A stretch of DNA of 64,000 bases from Eubacteriales bacterium. GTDB lineage: Bacteria > Bacillota > Clostridia > Oscillospirales > CAG-272. Shown here piece after piece: positions 1 to 8,358 of this stretch; the stretch's first letter is position 1; each line of letters starts with the position of its first letter. The stretch spans positions 4,832-68,831 of the forward strand of contig JAZQWO010000018.1 in NCBI GenBank assembly GCA_045632405.1. The letters are read 5' to 3'. The notes beneath the pieces are model-generated. The model worked only from the letters and a program-made list of their open reading frames with translations, was not told the origin of the DNA and did no database searches. The position numbers and the translations under genes are program-made.

Positions 1-2
1 GG

Positions 3-731
3 GCAAGAATCCTTTATAAGATATACAAGAATAATGACGACGTTGACATTGATGTGACACTCTTTATGGGTGACATTAATAAAATTATAAAGCTGAAGGT
101 GCCATTCAATGTAGAGGGCGAGCTTATCGGTCAAGCACCCTTCGGCACAGACAGCTTGTTCACGGACGGACGCGAAAATGTGGCAGGCAGGTTTGTTGCT
201 CTTGATACAGGCAAGGAGTGTGTGTCTCTTTTAAATAAGGGTGTTTACGGCAGTCACTTTGAAAACGGCAGCCTTTATATGTCACTTTTGCGCGGTGTTA
301 CATATTGCGCCCATCCTATCGGTGAGCGCCAGCTTACCCCGCTTGACCGCTTCACCAAAAAGATCGACCAAGGGGAAAGCAGTTATTCCTTCAAGCTGAC
401 CGTCACAAAGCGCGAAGCTCTTGAAAGACGCGCCCTTGAATTTAACGAAAGACCCTACGGGCTCAACATATTCCCAATTCCAACAGAAAAAGTGGATGTC
501 AAGGCGTTTGACGTGTCTATTGGCGGAGATGTAATTTCCCTTGACACGGTGAAAAAGGGCTATGGCAAGAACAATATCATTTTCCGTCTTGTGAACAACA
601 CACCAAGCAGCGCGGAGTCATACATATCTGTAAACGAGCAAAGGCTCCCTCTTGTCTTTGGCAAATACGAGGTTAAAACCGTCGTTTACGAAAACGGTAG
701 CTTGGAAGAATCCTACGAAATGATAATATAG
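3..731 (+). CDS. Glycoside hydrolase family 38 (alpha-mannosidase-like) C-terminal fragment; 5' end lies outside the window
   Basis: The frame is open from the window edge, with no stop upstream of the GTG at 54. LLNKGVYGSHFENGSLYMSLLRGV...YSFKLTV recalls the GH38 C-terminal domain. A terminator follows. Confidence 0.5.
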   Translation, partial: ARILYKIYKNNDDVDIDVTLFMGDINKIIKLKVPFNVEGELIGQAPFGTDSLFTDGRENVAGRFVALDTGKECVSLLNKGVYGSHFENGSLYMSLLRGVTYCAHPIGERQLTPLDRFTKKIDQGESSYSFKLTVTKREALERRALEFNERPYGLNIFPIPTEKVDVKAFDVSIGGDVISLDTVKKGYGKNNIIFRLVNNTPSSAESYISVNEQRLPLVFGKYEVKTVVYENGSLEESYEMII

Positions 732-737
732 TGAAAA

Positions 738-765
738 AGAAGCAAGCCGTGCTTGCTTCTTTTTT
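738..765 (+). terminator. Intrinsic terminator
   Basis: 10-bp stem agaagcaagc/gcttgcttct, loop cgt, then TTTTT. Confidence 0.7.
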
Positions 766-777
766 CTCTGATTTTTA

Positions 778-806
778 TTGATAAACGACAAAAAATATGA
801 TAGAAT
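778..806 (+). promoter_or_regulatory. Sigma-A type promoter for the SPFH operon
   Basis: TTGATA, 17-nt spacer, TGaTAGAAT (extended -10). Confidence 0.5.
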
Positions 807-870
807 GATAATAGCAAAGCAATAATTTTGAATATATTATATTCACAGCCATTAGGCGAAAGGAGATATT

Positions 871-2112
871 ATGGGTATTATTAAGGCGTTTTTTGATGCA
901 GTAGGCGGCAATCTTGCTGACCAGTGGTTAGAGGTTATTGAGGCTGATAATATGAGTGACACCACGGTTTTCACAAGCGGAGTGGCTGTTCGCACGGGCA
1001 AGAGAGGCAGCAATAAAAAGGGTAGCGATGACTATATAAGCGACGGTAGCATTATTCACGTTTATGACAATCAATTTATGATTTTGGTTGACGGCGGCGA
1101 GGTTGTTGACTTTACCGCAGAGCCAGGCTACTACAAGGTTGACTTAAAGGCAACACCGTCACTTTTCAGCGGTCGCTTCGGTGACTCTATTAAGGAAATG
1201 TTTTCAAGAATTAAGTTCGGCGGCGTTCCCTCTGCTAAGCAAAAGGCATACTTCATTAATTTGCAGGAAATCAAGGGTATCAAGTTCGGCACAAGAACTC
1301 CTGTTAACTATTTTGATAATTTCTATAACGCAGAGCTGTTTTTAAGAGCCTTCGGTACTTACTCAATTAAGATAACAAACCCACTTAAATTCTACCGTCA
1401 GGTTATTAGCAGAAATGCAAGCCGCGTTGATATTAACGATATTAATGAGCAATATTTGTCCGAGTTTTTAGAGGCACTTTCTGCCGCTATTAACAGAATG
1501 TCCATTGACGGTATCAGAATTTCACACGTGGCATCCAAGTCAACAGAGCTTTCAAAATATATGGCAGACGAGCTTGATGACAACTGGAATGAGCTTCGCG
1601 GCTTTGAGGTTTTGTCCGTTGGTGTGGCAAGCGTCAGCTACGACGAGGAGTCCAAGGAGCTTATCAATATGCGCAACAAGGGCGCTATGCTTGGTGACCC
1701 TTCTGTGCGTGAGGGATACGTTCAGGGTGCGGTTGCAAGAGGAATTGAAAGCGCAGGCTCTAACTCAAACGGAAGCACAGCCGCCTTTATGGGTATGGGC
1801 TTAGGTATGAATGCGGCAGGCTCCTTTGTGCAGACAACAAGCCAGACAAATACCGCCCAAATGGAACGCGAAAAGAACGAAAACGGATGGAAATGCTCCT
1901 GCGGTCAAACCAATACAGGCAATTTCTGTCAAAGCTGTGGCGCAAAGAAGCCAAGCCAAAACGGCTGGACCTGTGCTTGCGGCTCAACCAATACAGGCAA
2001 CTTCTGCCCGAATTGTGGCGCTAAAAAACCTGAGGAAACGGTGAAGTTCTGCCCTGACTGTGGCACAAAGAACACAGGCAAATTCTGTCAGAATTGCGGT
2101 AAAAAGCTATAA
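871..2112 (+). CDS. SPFH/Band-7 domain protein (COG4260, YdjI-like) with three C-terminal zinc-ribbon repeats
   Basis: The N-terminus MGIIKAFFDAVGG..DQWLEVIE and overall layout resemble B. subtilis YdjI-type SPFH proteins. The C-terminus carries 3x CxCG..NTGNFCxxCGAKKP. RBS aaaggag precedes the start. Confidence 0.7.
   Translation: MGIIKAFFDAVGGNLADQWLEVIEADNMSDTTVFTSGVAVRTGKRGSNKKGSDDYISDGSIIHVYDNQFMILVDGGEVVDFTAEPGYYKVDLKATPSLFSGRFGDSIKEMFSRIKFGGVPSAKQKAYFINLQEIKGIKFGTRTPVNYFDNFYNAELFLRAFGTYSIKITNPLKFYRQVISRNASRVDINDINEQYLSEFLEALSAAINRMSIDGIRISHVASKSTELSKYMADELDDNWNELRGFEVLSVGVASVSYDEESKELINMRNKGAMLGDPSVREGYVQGAVARGIESAGSNSNGSTAAFMGMGLGMNAAGSFVQTTSQTNTAQMEREKNENGWKCSCGQTNTGNFCQSCGAKKPSQNGWTCACGSTNTGNFCPNCGAKKPEETVKFCPDCGTKNTGKFCQNCGKKL
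1882..2109 (+). repeat. Three tandem 78-nt (26-codon) zinc-ribbon coding repeats
   Basis: Units start at 1882, 1960 and 2038: NGWKCSCGQTNTGNFCQSCGAKKPSQ / NGWTCACGSTNTGNFCPNCGAKKPEE / TVKFCPDCGTKNTGKFCQNCGKKL. Confidence 0.85.
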
Positions 2113-2184
2113 TTAGTTACATTCTTTAGAAAGTCCAAATGGGCACTCACTATGGCTACATAATGGGTGCTTACCACATAAATT

Positions 2185-3243
2185 ATGACTACTCAAACAT
2201 TAACATATCAATGCCCCTGTTGCGGTGCGGGACTCAAATTTGATGCAGATACCCAGCTTTTCAAATGTGAGTTTTGCCTAAGCGAGCACACAGAGGCGGA
2301 TCTTGAAAAAACCGATGCCCATAAAAAGGCAGAGGAGGCAGCGGCGCAAAACGAGGAGTTTTGCAGCCATATGAACGAATATCACTGTAACCAGTGCGGC
2401 GCCCAAATCGCGGCTGACGAAAACACGGTTGCAGATATGTGTCCCTATTGCCATAGCCCTGTGGTGCTTTGCGGCAGACTCAGCGGACAGAAAATGCCGA
2501 CAAAGATAGTGCCCTTTAAGTACTCTAAGGAAGAGGCGATAAACCACTTTATTGATTTTGCCAAGAAAAGATGGTTTGTGCCAAAGGACTTTAAGGACAG
2601 GGCACGCATTGAAAAAATCACAGGCATTTATTACCCATTTTGGGTGACGGATGCAGACACGGACTCACAAATAAACGCGGTCTGCACAACGGTGAGAACC
2701 TGGACATCGGGGGACTACCGCTATAAAAAGACCTCGTATTATAATGTTATGCGCCGTGGCGATATTCATTTTGAGGATATTTCACAGTCCGCATACTCCG
2801 AGGCTGACAAAAATATGCTTGAGGGTATTTTGCCATTTCCGGCAAGTGCGCAAATAGACTTCAATATGTCCTATCTCAGCGGCTTTTTGGCAAAAAAGCG
2901 CGATATCGAAAGAGAAGCATTAGAGGAAAGCTTTAAGCAAAAAATACTAGGTTACGGAAGCGCAGTTTTAAAAAGAACGGTAAACGGATATTCAAGCATA
3001 GATATTAAAAACAGCCACGCAAGGATTAAATCTTGCCATTGGGACTATTCCTTGATGCCCATTTGGCTTCTTACATATTGCGACAAAAAGGGCAAGCGTT
3101 ATACCTATGCTATGAACGGACATACGGGCAAAATTTACGGTGAGCTTCCTATATCACCAAAAAGACTTACAATCGGTGCGCTTATAACAGGTGCGCTCAG
3201 TGCCCTTGCTACCGCCTTGTTAGGAGGCCTTATGCTATTATGA
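2185..3243 (+). CDS. Double zinc-ribbon protein with C-terminal TM anchor (YdjG-like architecture)
   Basis: CPCCG..x..CEFC and CNQCG..x..CPYCH ribbons, then a hydrophobic C-terminus LTIGALITGALSALATALLGGLMLL. Sits immediately after the SPFH gene. Confidence 0.5.
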   Translation: MTTQTLTYQCPCCGAGLKFDADTQLFKCEFCLSEHTEADLEKTDAHKKAEEAAAQNEEFCSHMNEYHCNQCGAQIAADENTVADMCPYCHSPVVLCGRLSGQKMPTKIVPFKYSKEEAINHFIDFAKKRWFVPKDFKDRARIEKITGIYYPFWVTDADTDSQINAVCTTVRTWTSGDYRYKKTSYYNVMRRGDIHFEDISQSAYSEADKNMLEGILPFPASAQIDFNMSYLSGFLAKKRDIEREALEESFKQKILGYGSAVLKRTVNGYSSIDIKNSHARIKSCHWDYSLMPIWLLTYCDKKGKRYTYAMNGHTGKIYGELPISPKRLTIGALITGALSALATALLGGLMLL

Positions 3244-3551
3244 AAAAGATATATATTGTATTCATAGTTTTGCTCGGTGCCCTTTCCTTGGCGGTTTTTG
3301 CAATCGGCTTTACTCAAATGAGTGAAAACCCAAGGGAAGAAGCGTTTTGGTATGCCTTTGTCATTGTAGGCTTGACGGTTTTGAGCCTTGGCATTTTTCT
3401 GCTTGCCGTTGTTGGCTCGTATAAAACTAAGCTCCGCGGTGAAATCTATCCCATAGATAAATATACAACCCTTGAGCTGACAGGGCAAAGCGATATTTAT
3501 TCTCATAGCCATACCACAAGCTACCGCTATAGAAGCAATAAGAAAAAATAA
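3240..3551 (+). CDS. Small two-TM membrane protein
   Basis: ATGA overlap with the upstream gene (translational coupling); two hydrophobic segments. Confidence 0.45.
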   Translation: MKKIYIVFIVLLGALSLAVFAIGFTQMSENPREEAFWYAFVIVGLTVLSLGIFLLAVVGSYKTKLRGEIYPIDKYTTLELTGQSDIYSHSHTTSYRYRSNKKK

Positions 3552-3608
3552 AGGAAATGCACCTTCGTAAAGCGTGACATTCTTAGCGGAGAAATTGTAT
3601 AACACATG

Positions 3609-3656
3609 GTAGGGGCGAACTGTGTTCGCCCGCGGGCGTTCGCATAACGCCCCTAC
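3609..3656. repeat. GC-rich nested palindrome, copy 1
   Basis: gtaggggcg...cgcccctac encloses two inner hairpins (ggcgaac..gttcgcc and ggcgtt..aacgcc). Its reverse complement nearly equals 31957-32004. Confidence 0.85.
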
Positions 3657-3694
3657 GGAGAGGGAAATTTGCTCCGCAGTAAACAAATAAAAAA

Positions 3695-3721
3695 CCCCGA
3701 GAGATTTCAAATCTGTAGGGG
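3695..3721 (+). terminator. Hairpin plus T-tract (part of repeat family E); probable terminator of the 871-3551 operon
   Basis: ccccgagagat ttcaa atctgtagggg followed by ttttatt. Confidence 0.5.
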
Positions 3722-3857
3722 TTTTATTACGTCAGGTTATAGTAGTATATTTGGTCTGCGAAAGTAGTTTTTGAAGCTTCAAAAAACGTTCCTGTCTTTT
3801 TCCGTGAAAAGGATAGTTTTGAAAAGGAAAGACGAAAGATCTGCAGAGAGAGCGGGA

Positions 3858-4056
3858 ATGATATTCCGACTTCGTCGGAGTGATATTATTGCTATCGCAA
3901 TAGTGATATTGAAGCCTGGCGGATTCAGTGATATTTTATTCGCCCATAAAAACTCGCGTAGCGAATACCACTCGGCGTAAGCCGAATATCACAGCGAAGC
4001 AATAGAACTCGCCGTAGGTGAATAAAACTGCCCAACTTCCTTATGAGAAGTTGGGC
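3858..4056 (+). repeat. Multi-hairpin repeat, family B, copy 1 (about 200 nt)
   Basis: A series of short hairpins separated by GTGATATT (left half) and AATATCAC-like (right half) motifs, ending in hairpin cccaacttc-cttatga-gaagttggg. An inverted copy lies at 54730-54924. Confidence 0.85.
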
Positions 4057-4177
4057 AAGGGGAGGGCTTTCACTGTTTAATAAAGGCTCTACAAATAGTA
4101 GAATTCCACAACTAAACCGACAGTAGGTGGATTTTATGATGATTTATCGGTATAATATGTGTGAAAGGAGTGATTTT

Positions 4178-4789
4178 GTGGATCAGGTTAAAATCGGAAA
4201 ATTTATTGCCGAGAGAAGAAAGGCACAGGGCTTGACCCAGCTTCAGCTTTCAGAAAAATTACACGTTACCGACAAAGCCGTATCAAAGTGGGAAAGGGGC
4301 AAATCAATGCCCGACTCATCCATTATGCCTGCGCTTTGCCGCGTTCTTGATATTACAGTAAATGACCTGCTCAGCGGAGAGGCAGTGTCAGTGGACAACT
4401 ATAACAAAGAGCTTGAAAACAACTTGATGGAAATGATAAGACAAAAGGAGCAAATGGACAGGTGCCTTTTGAAAATTGAGTGGGTTTTGGGAATTCTTTC
4501 CGCTATCATTTTGATAGTTCCTGCATTAATAGGCTCTTTAGTGCCAATGGAGGAATGGCAAAGAGTTGCCATTATATTTGCAGGACTTATTCCTGCCGTA
4601 GTGGGCTTTGCATTTGCTATGAAAATTGAGCAGGTGGCAGGCTATTATGAATGTAAGCATTGCGGACACAGATACGTCCCCACATATAAGGACATGAATT
4701 TGGCGATGCACATAGGCAGAAAAAGATATTTGAAATGCCCGAAATGCGGCAAAAAATCCTGGCAGAAAAAGGTTATCAGCAAGGAATAG
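4178..4789 (+). CDS. XRE-family HTH regulator with two TM segments and a C-terminal zinc ribbon
   Basis: Start moved to the GTG at 4178 (RBS aggag plus 8 nt). IGKFIAERRKAQGLTQLQLSEKLHVTDKAVSKWERG is an HTH_3 motif; TM stretch follows; then CKHCGH..x..CPKCG. Confidence 0.7.
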   Translation: MDQVKIGKFIAERRKAQGLTQLQLSEKLHVTDKAVSKWERGKSMPDSSIMPALCRVLDITVNDLLSGEAVSVDNYNKELENNLMEMIRQKEQMDRCLLKIEWVLGILSAIILIVPALIGSLVPMEEWQRVAIIFAGLIPAVVGFAFAMKIEQVAGYYECKHCGHRYVPTYKDMNLAMHIGRKRYLKCPKCGKKSWQKKVISKE

Positions 4790-4795
4790 GAAAAA

Positions 4796-4819
4796 GGGAA
4801 CGGTTGCGTTCCCTTTTTT
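4796..4819 (+). terminator. Intrinsic terminator
   Basis: gggaacg gttg cgttccc then TTTTTT. Confidence 0.7.
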
Positions 4820-4891
4820 GCGCATTTTTTAACAAAACCGCATATATGTGTGCTATAATTTACATAAGAAAAATATTTAAGGAGATTTGAT

Positions 4892-7063
4892 GTGGAAAAA
4901 TCACCTGAACAGATATTAAAGGAGCTGACTCTTGACCAAAAGATAGCTCAGCTTGTGGCTCACGGCTCTCCCTCTGATTTTGTAAAGGATAAACAGTTTG
5001 ACAGGGAATTTGCTTGTGAAAAATACCCAAACGGCATTTTCGGTCTTATGGTGCCAATAGATTTAGAGCCTGCCGAAATTGGTGCGTGGGCTTGCCAAAT
5101 GCTTGAGCATTTTGAGTCCGTTTCCCCCGTTCCCCCTGTTTTGATGTGTGAATCCCTACACGGTATATTGGGCAAGGGAACAACGGTTTTCCCTCAATCC
5201 ATCGGTATGGGCGCAACCTTTGACTCTGATTTGATGGAGCGCGTGGGCAAGGCAATCGGCGACGAGGCACGCGCCTTGGGAATTCGCTTGTCCTTAGCTC
5301 CCGACTTGGATCTTGGCAGAGAGCCGAGATGGGGCAGAATAGAGGAAACCTATGGCGAGGACTCCCACCTTGTCGGTATGATGGGCGAGGCCTACATAAA
5401 GGGACTTTTGGGAAATGATAAAAAATATGCCGCAACAATCAAGCACTTTGCCGCACACGGCTCGCCAAAGGCAGGTGTGAATTTGTCCTCTGTCACCGTG
5501 ACAGAAGGGGAGCTATGGGACAGATACCTGCCGCCATTTAAAAAAGCCTTGGATGCAGGGGCATACTGTGTTATGCCTGCGTACTCTATGCTAAATGGCG
5601 CACCCTGTCACGCAAGCCACCATTTGATGAACGAAATTCTAAGAGAAAAATTAGGCTTTGACGGTGTTGTGGTGTCAGATTTTGGTGCGATTGAAATGCT
5701 CACATATTTCCAATGCGTTGCAGAAAACCAGGAGCAGGCGGCGCAAATGTGCATTTCCTGTGGCATAGATGTTGAAGCGCCCGACGCTTGGGCGTATGGC
5801 AATAGCCTTAAAAAGCTAGTAGAAATCGGAAAAATTGACATTTCCGAAATCGATAAAATAGTGCTTCGTATTCTCAAATTAAAGGTAAGACTTGGACTTT
5901 TTGACCTGGAAAAGCCGAGCATCAAGAAAATTAACCGAGTTGTTCACTGCCAAAAGCATCTTGATCTTGCTAAAGAAGCAGCGCAAAAATCAATGGTTTT
6001 GCTCAAAAACAGCGGTGCACTTCCTCTTAAAAAGGACGCAAAAATTGCGGTTATAGGACCTAACGCATACAGTGCTCAGCTTGGGGACTATGCCTTGCCA
6101 AAGCCAAGCGCAAAAACACCTCTCGAAGCAATTGCCGAATATGCCGAAAAGCACGGTGGCGTGGTAAAGAGCGCCAAGGGCTGTGATGTTTACGGCACAG
6201 ATAAATCAGGTTTTTTTGAGGCTCTGGAAATTGCCAAGGATGCAGACACGGTGGTTTGCATAATAGGTGGCAAGAGCATGAAGGGCTACGGCGTTGGCTG
6301 GGGCAGTGAGGAAGAGGCTATTCTTACCTGTGGCGAGGGTTGCGATATGCACGACTTGACCCCGGGTGGAGTTCAACTCGATTTGGTACGGGAAATGATA
6401 AAAACAGGCAAGGACGTGGTTGTTGTTATGGTTGACGGCAGACCCGAAACACTGCACGATGTGGCAGATAGTTGCGGTGCGCTTGTGGCTGCCTGGTATC
6501 CTGGTGAGGTAGGCTCAGAAGCACTTGTCGAGCTGCTTTTTGGAGAATGCAATTTTTCAGCCAAGCTCCCTGTTACATTTCCTAAGCATACAGGTCAGCT
6601 GCCTCTTTGTTATGACGAGGTATATTCAAATTACGGCTTTTATCACTCACCGGGAACTCCCGAAAAGCCAGGACGTGATTATGTGTTTTGTGACACTCTG
6701 CCGCGTTTCCCCTTTGGCTACGGTCTTGGCTATTCTGCGCTTGTATATAACACATTGAACGTCAAATATGAAAACGATAAATTGACAGCTTGCGTAGAAA
6801 TTGAAAACAAGGGTGAGCGCTTGGCAGAGGAAAGTGTGCTTATATATATTCGTGACGAGGTGGCGTCTGTGCCACAGCCTGTGAAAAAGCTGGTGGCGGT
6901 TAAGAAAATCACTGTGGACGCAAAAGAAACAAAAAAAGCCTGCTTATCAATTCCCAAGGAAGAGCTTATGCTGACAGGACTTGATTTGCAAAAAAGGCTG
7001 GAAAGCGGCTGGTTTACAGTAATGACAGGCGAGCTTAGTGCGCGCATTTATATTGAAGATTAA
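4892..7063 (+). CDS. Glycoside hydrolase family 3 (BglX-type beta-glucosidase/xylosidase)
   Basis: GH3 motifs: KHFAAHG, GFDGVVVSDFGA, and a C-terminal domain with GEVGSEALVELLFG..KLPVTFP. GTG start with RBS aaggag. Confidence 0.8.
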   Translation: MEKSPEQILKELTLDQKIAQLVAHGSPSDFVKDKQFDREFACEKYPNGIFGLMVPIDLEPAEIGAWACQMLEHFESVSPVPPVLMCESLHGILGKGTTVFPQSIGMGATFDSDLMERVGKAIGDEARALGIRLSLAPDLDLGREPRWGRIEETYGEDSHLVGMMGEAYIKGLLGNDKKYAATIKHFAAHGSPKAGVNLSSVTVTEGELWDRYLPPFKKALDAGAYCVMPAYSMLNGAPCHASHHLMNEILREKLGFDGVVVSDFGAIEMLTYFQCVAENQEQAAQMCISCGIDVEAPDAWAYGNSLKKLVEIGKIDISEIDKIVLRILKLKVRLGLFDLEKPSIKKINRVVHCQKHLDLAKEAAQKSMVLLKNSGALPLKKDAKIAVIGPNAYSAQLGDYALPKPSAKTPLEAIAEYAEKHGGVVKSAKGCDVYGTDKSGFFEALEIAKDADTVVCIIGGKSMKGYGVGWGSEEEAILTCGEGCDMHDLTPGGVQLDLVREMIKTGKDVVVVMVDGRPETLHDVADSCGALVAAWYPGEVGSEALVELLFGECNFSAKLPVTFPKHTGQLPLCYDEVYSNYGFYHSPGTPEKPGRDYVFCDTLPRFPFGYGLGYSALVYNTLNVKYENDKLTACVEIENKGERLAEESVLIYIRDEVASVPQPVKKLVAVKKITVDAKETKKACLSIPKEELMLTGLDLQKRLESGWFTVMTGELSARIYIED

Positions 7064-7074
7064 AGGAGAAGGAT

Positions 7075-8046
7075 ATGAAATTTTCAGCAAATTCACTTAA
7101 AAAGCTGGTAAAGGGCGCCTGCTATTATGAAATAGACAGGGGGTATCTTACCGCCTACAAATATTCAAAAAAGCAAATTGATTTAATGCATAGGGATGGC
7201 TTTGACCCATTTTGGTATGAAAGAGCAATTTTCTCAGCAGGCATCAGACTTGAAATAAAGACAAATTCCACATATATTGCCTTTGATTATAAGGCAAGCA
7301 TGGGCCCCGACCTTTCTGGAAGAAGCAATTCTGTTGACATTTGGGTAAACGGCATTTTATATTCCGTTTTGCACTTGGAAAAGACAAAGGGGAATGTGCG
7401 TGTGGACTTGCCACAGGGCGACAACCACATATCGATTTATTTGCCGCTGGACTGCCAATTTGCAATTAAGAATTTTGAAATTGACGGCACATATAAGACA
7501 GTAAAGGACAAGGGACAAAAGGTGCTTGTAATAGGCGACTCCATTACACAGGGCTACGGACCTATGTTTTCAAGCGGCTCATATTTCAACGTGCTTCAAC
7601 GCTTGACAGGCTACAATATGCTGTGCCAGGGCATTGGCGGCTACCGTTGCGAGCCACAGGATTTGATGTATGTGGACGGCTTTGAGCCTGACAAAATCAT
7701 CACATTTCTTGGCACAAACTGGTATGACGCGCCCGACCAATACGATTATGAGGCTGCTACCGTTGGCTTCTATAATCGCCTGACAGAGCTATACCCCAAC
7801 AAGCAAATAATATCAATTTCTCCAATATGGCGCGGCAACGACGACCTTGATAAGGCAAGATTTACCTGGTGTCGCGAAATTGTAAAGAGAGAGATACAAA
7901 AGCACGAAAATATCACATACGTGGACGGCTTTACCCTCATACCAAACGTGCTTGATTGCTATTGTGACAAGGTGCATCCAAACGAATATGGCTGCTTAAT
8001 GCTTGCCACAAGCATATATAAGGAAATGAAAAAAATCAAATTTTGA
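7075..8046 (+). CDS. SGNH/GDSL-family hydrolase (carbohydrate esterase-like)
   Basis: Block I VLVIGDSITQGYG and block V DKVHPNEYG; N-terminal beta-rich domain. Confidence 0.7.
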   Translation: MKFSANSLKKLVKGACYYEIDRGYLTAYKYSKKQIDLMHRDGFDPFWYERAIFSAGIRLEIKTNSTYIAFDYKASMGPDLSGRSNSVDIWVNGILYSVLHLEKTKGNVRVDLPQGDNHISIYLPLDCQFAIKNFEIDGTYKTVKDKGQKVLVIGDSITQGYGPMFSSGSYFNVLQRLTGYNMLCQGIGGYRCEPQDLMYVDGFEPDKIITFLGTNWYDAPDQYDYEAATVGFYNRLTELYPNKQIISISPIWRGNDDLDKARFTWCREIVKREIQKHENITYVDGFTLIPNVLDCYCDKVHPNEYGCLMLATSIYKEMKKIKF

Positions 8047-8051
8047 ATTGC

Positions 8052-8076
8052 AAAAGGGCAGAATTCCTGCCCTTTT
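8052..8076 (+). terminator. Intrinsic terminator
   Basis: aaaagggcag aattc ctgccctttt. Confidence 0.7.
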
Positions 8077-8116
8077 GTTGCGTTAAAGAATTTTGTGCCA
8101 AAAATTCCAAAAGATA

Positions 8117-8145
8117 TTGACAAATTCAAAATAAGATGTTAAACT
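8117..8145 (+). promoter_or_regulatory. Sigma-A type promoter of the RNase III/Smr module
   Basis: TTGACA, 17-nt spacer, TGtTAAACT. About 210 nt of AT-rich leader lie before the RBS aaaggagg. Confidence 0.55.
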
Positions 8146-8358
8146 AAACAATACAGAGTCTTGATAGTGTAATGAACTCAAAATGTTAAGAAGAAATTAT
8201 CGAATACAAAATGTTGTGGTCGATGCATTTTAAGTTGTTTTTTGGCAAAGACATTGTTTAATCTCCAAGCCTCCTTGAAGAGATTCTGTGCATAGCGGAT
8301 ATGTCATTTAAGCAGATATTAAATCCGTTTTAACAGAATAATTAAAGGAGGACACACC

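Larger units (their letters stand above)
3552..3722 (-). repeat. Composite intergenic repeat, family E, copy 1 (inverted relative to copies at 31884 and 55988)
   Basis: The reverse complement aligns with 31884-32040: hairpin ccccgaNagat..atctgtNgggg, then tttgtttNNtgcggaNcaaat, then a GC palindrome. Confidence 0.7.

Noticed and set aside
3135-3710. 191-aa minus-strand ORF and the plus-strand ORF 3771-3980 in the 3552-4126 gap
   Set aside because: Both run through dispersed repeat elements (families E and B) or antisense to real genes. There is no RBS. Copy-to-copy differences in the repeats are stem-compensatory rather than codon-preserving.
3858-3960. Possible mini-CRISPR array, because GTGATATT recurs every 22-25 nt
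   Set aside because: The period is far too short for repeat-plus-spacer. The 'spacers' are themselves hairpins. The same unit order recurs in the second copy at 54730-54924. No cas genes are present in the window.
3552-4126. A single large structured ncRNA (ROOL/OLE-sized) filling the 575-nt gene-free gap
   Set aside because: The gap decomposes into separate modules (E, GC palindrome, B) that each recur independently elsewhere in the window, in different combinations and orientations.
8146-8358. Small ORFs (16-17 codons) and a weak hairpin in the leader of the RNase III/Smr module, as possible regulators
   Set aside because: None has an RBS, the hairpin needs a bulge, and the composition is simply AT-rich. 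I see nothing I can support beyond 'long leader'.
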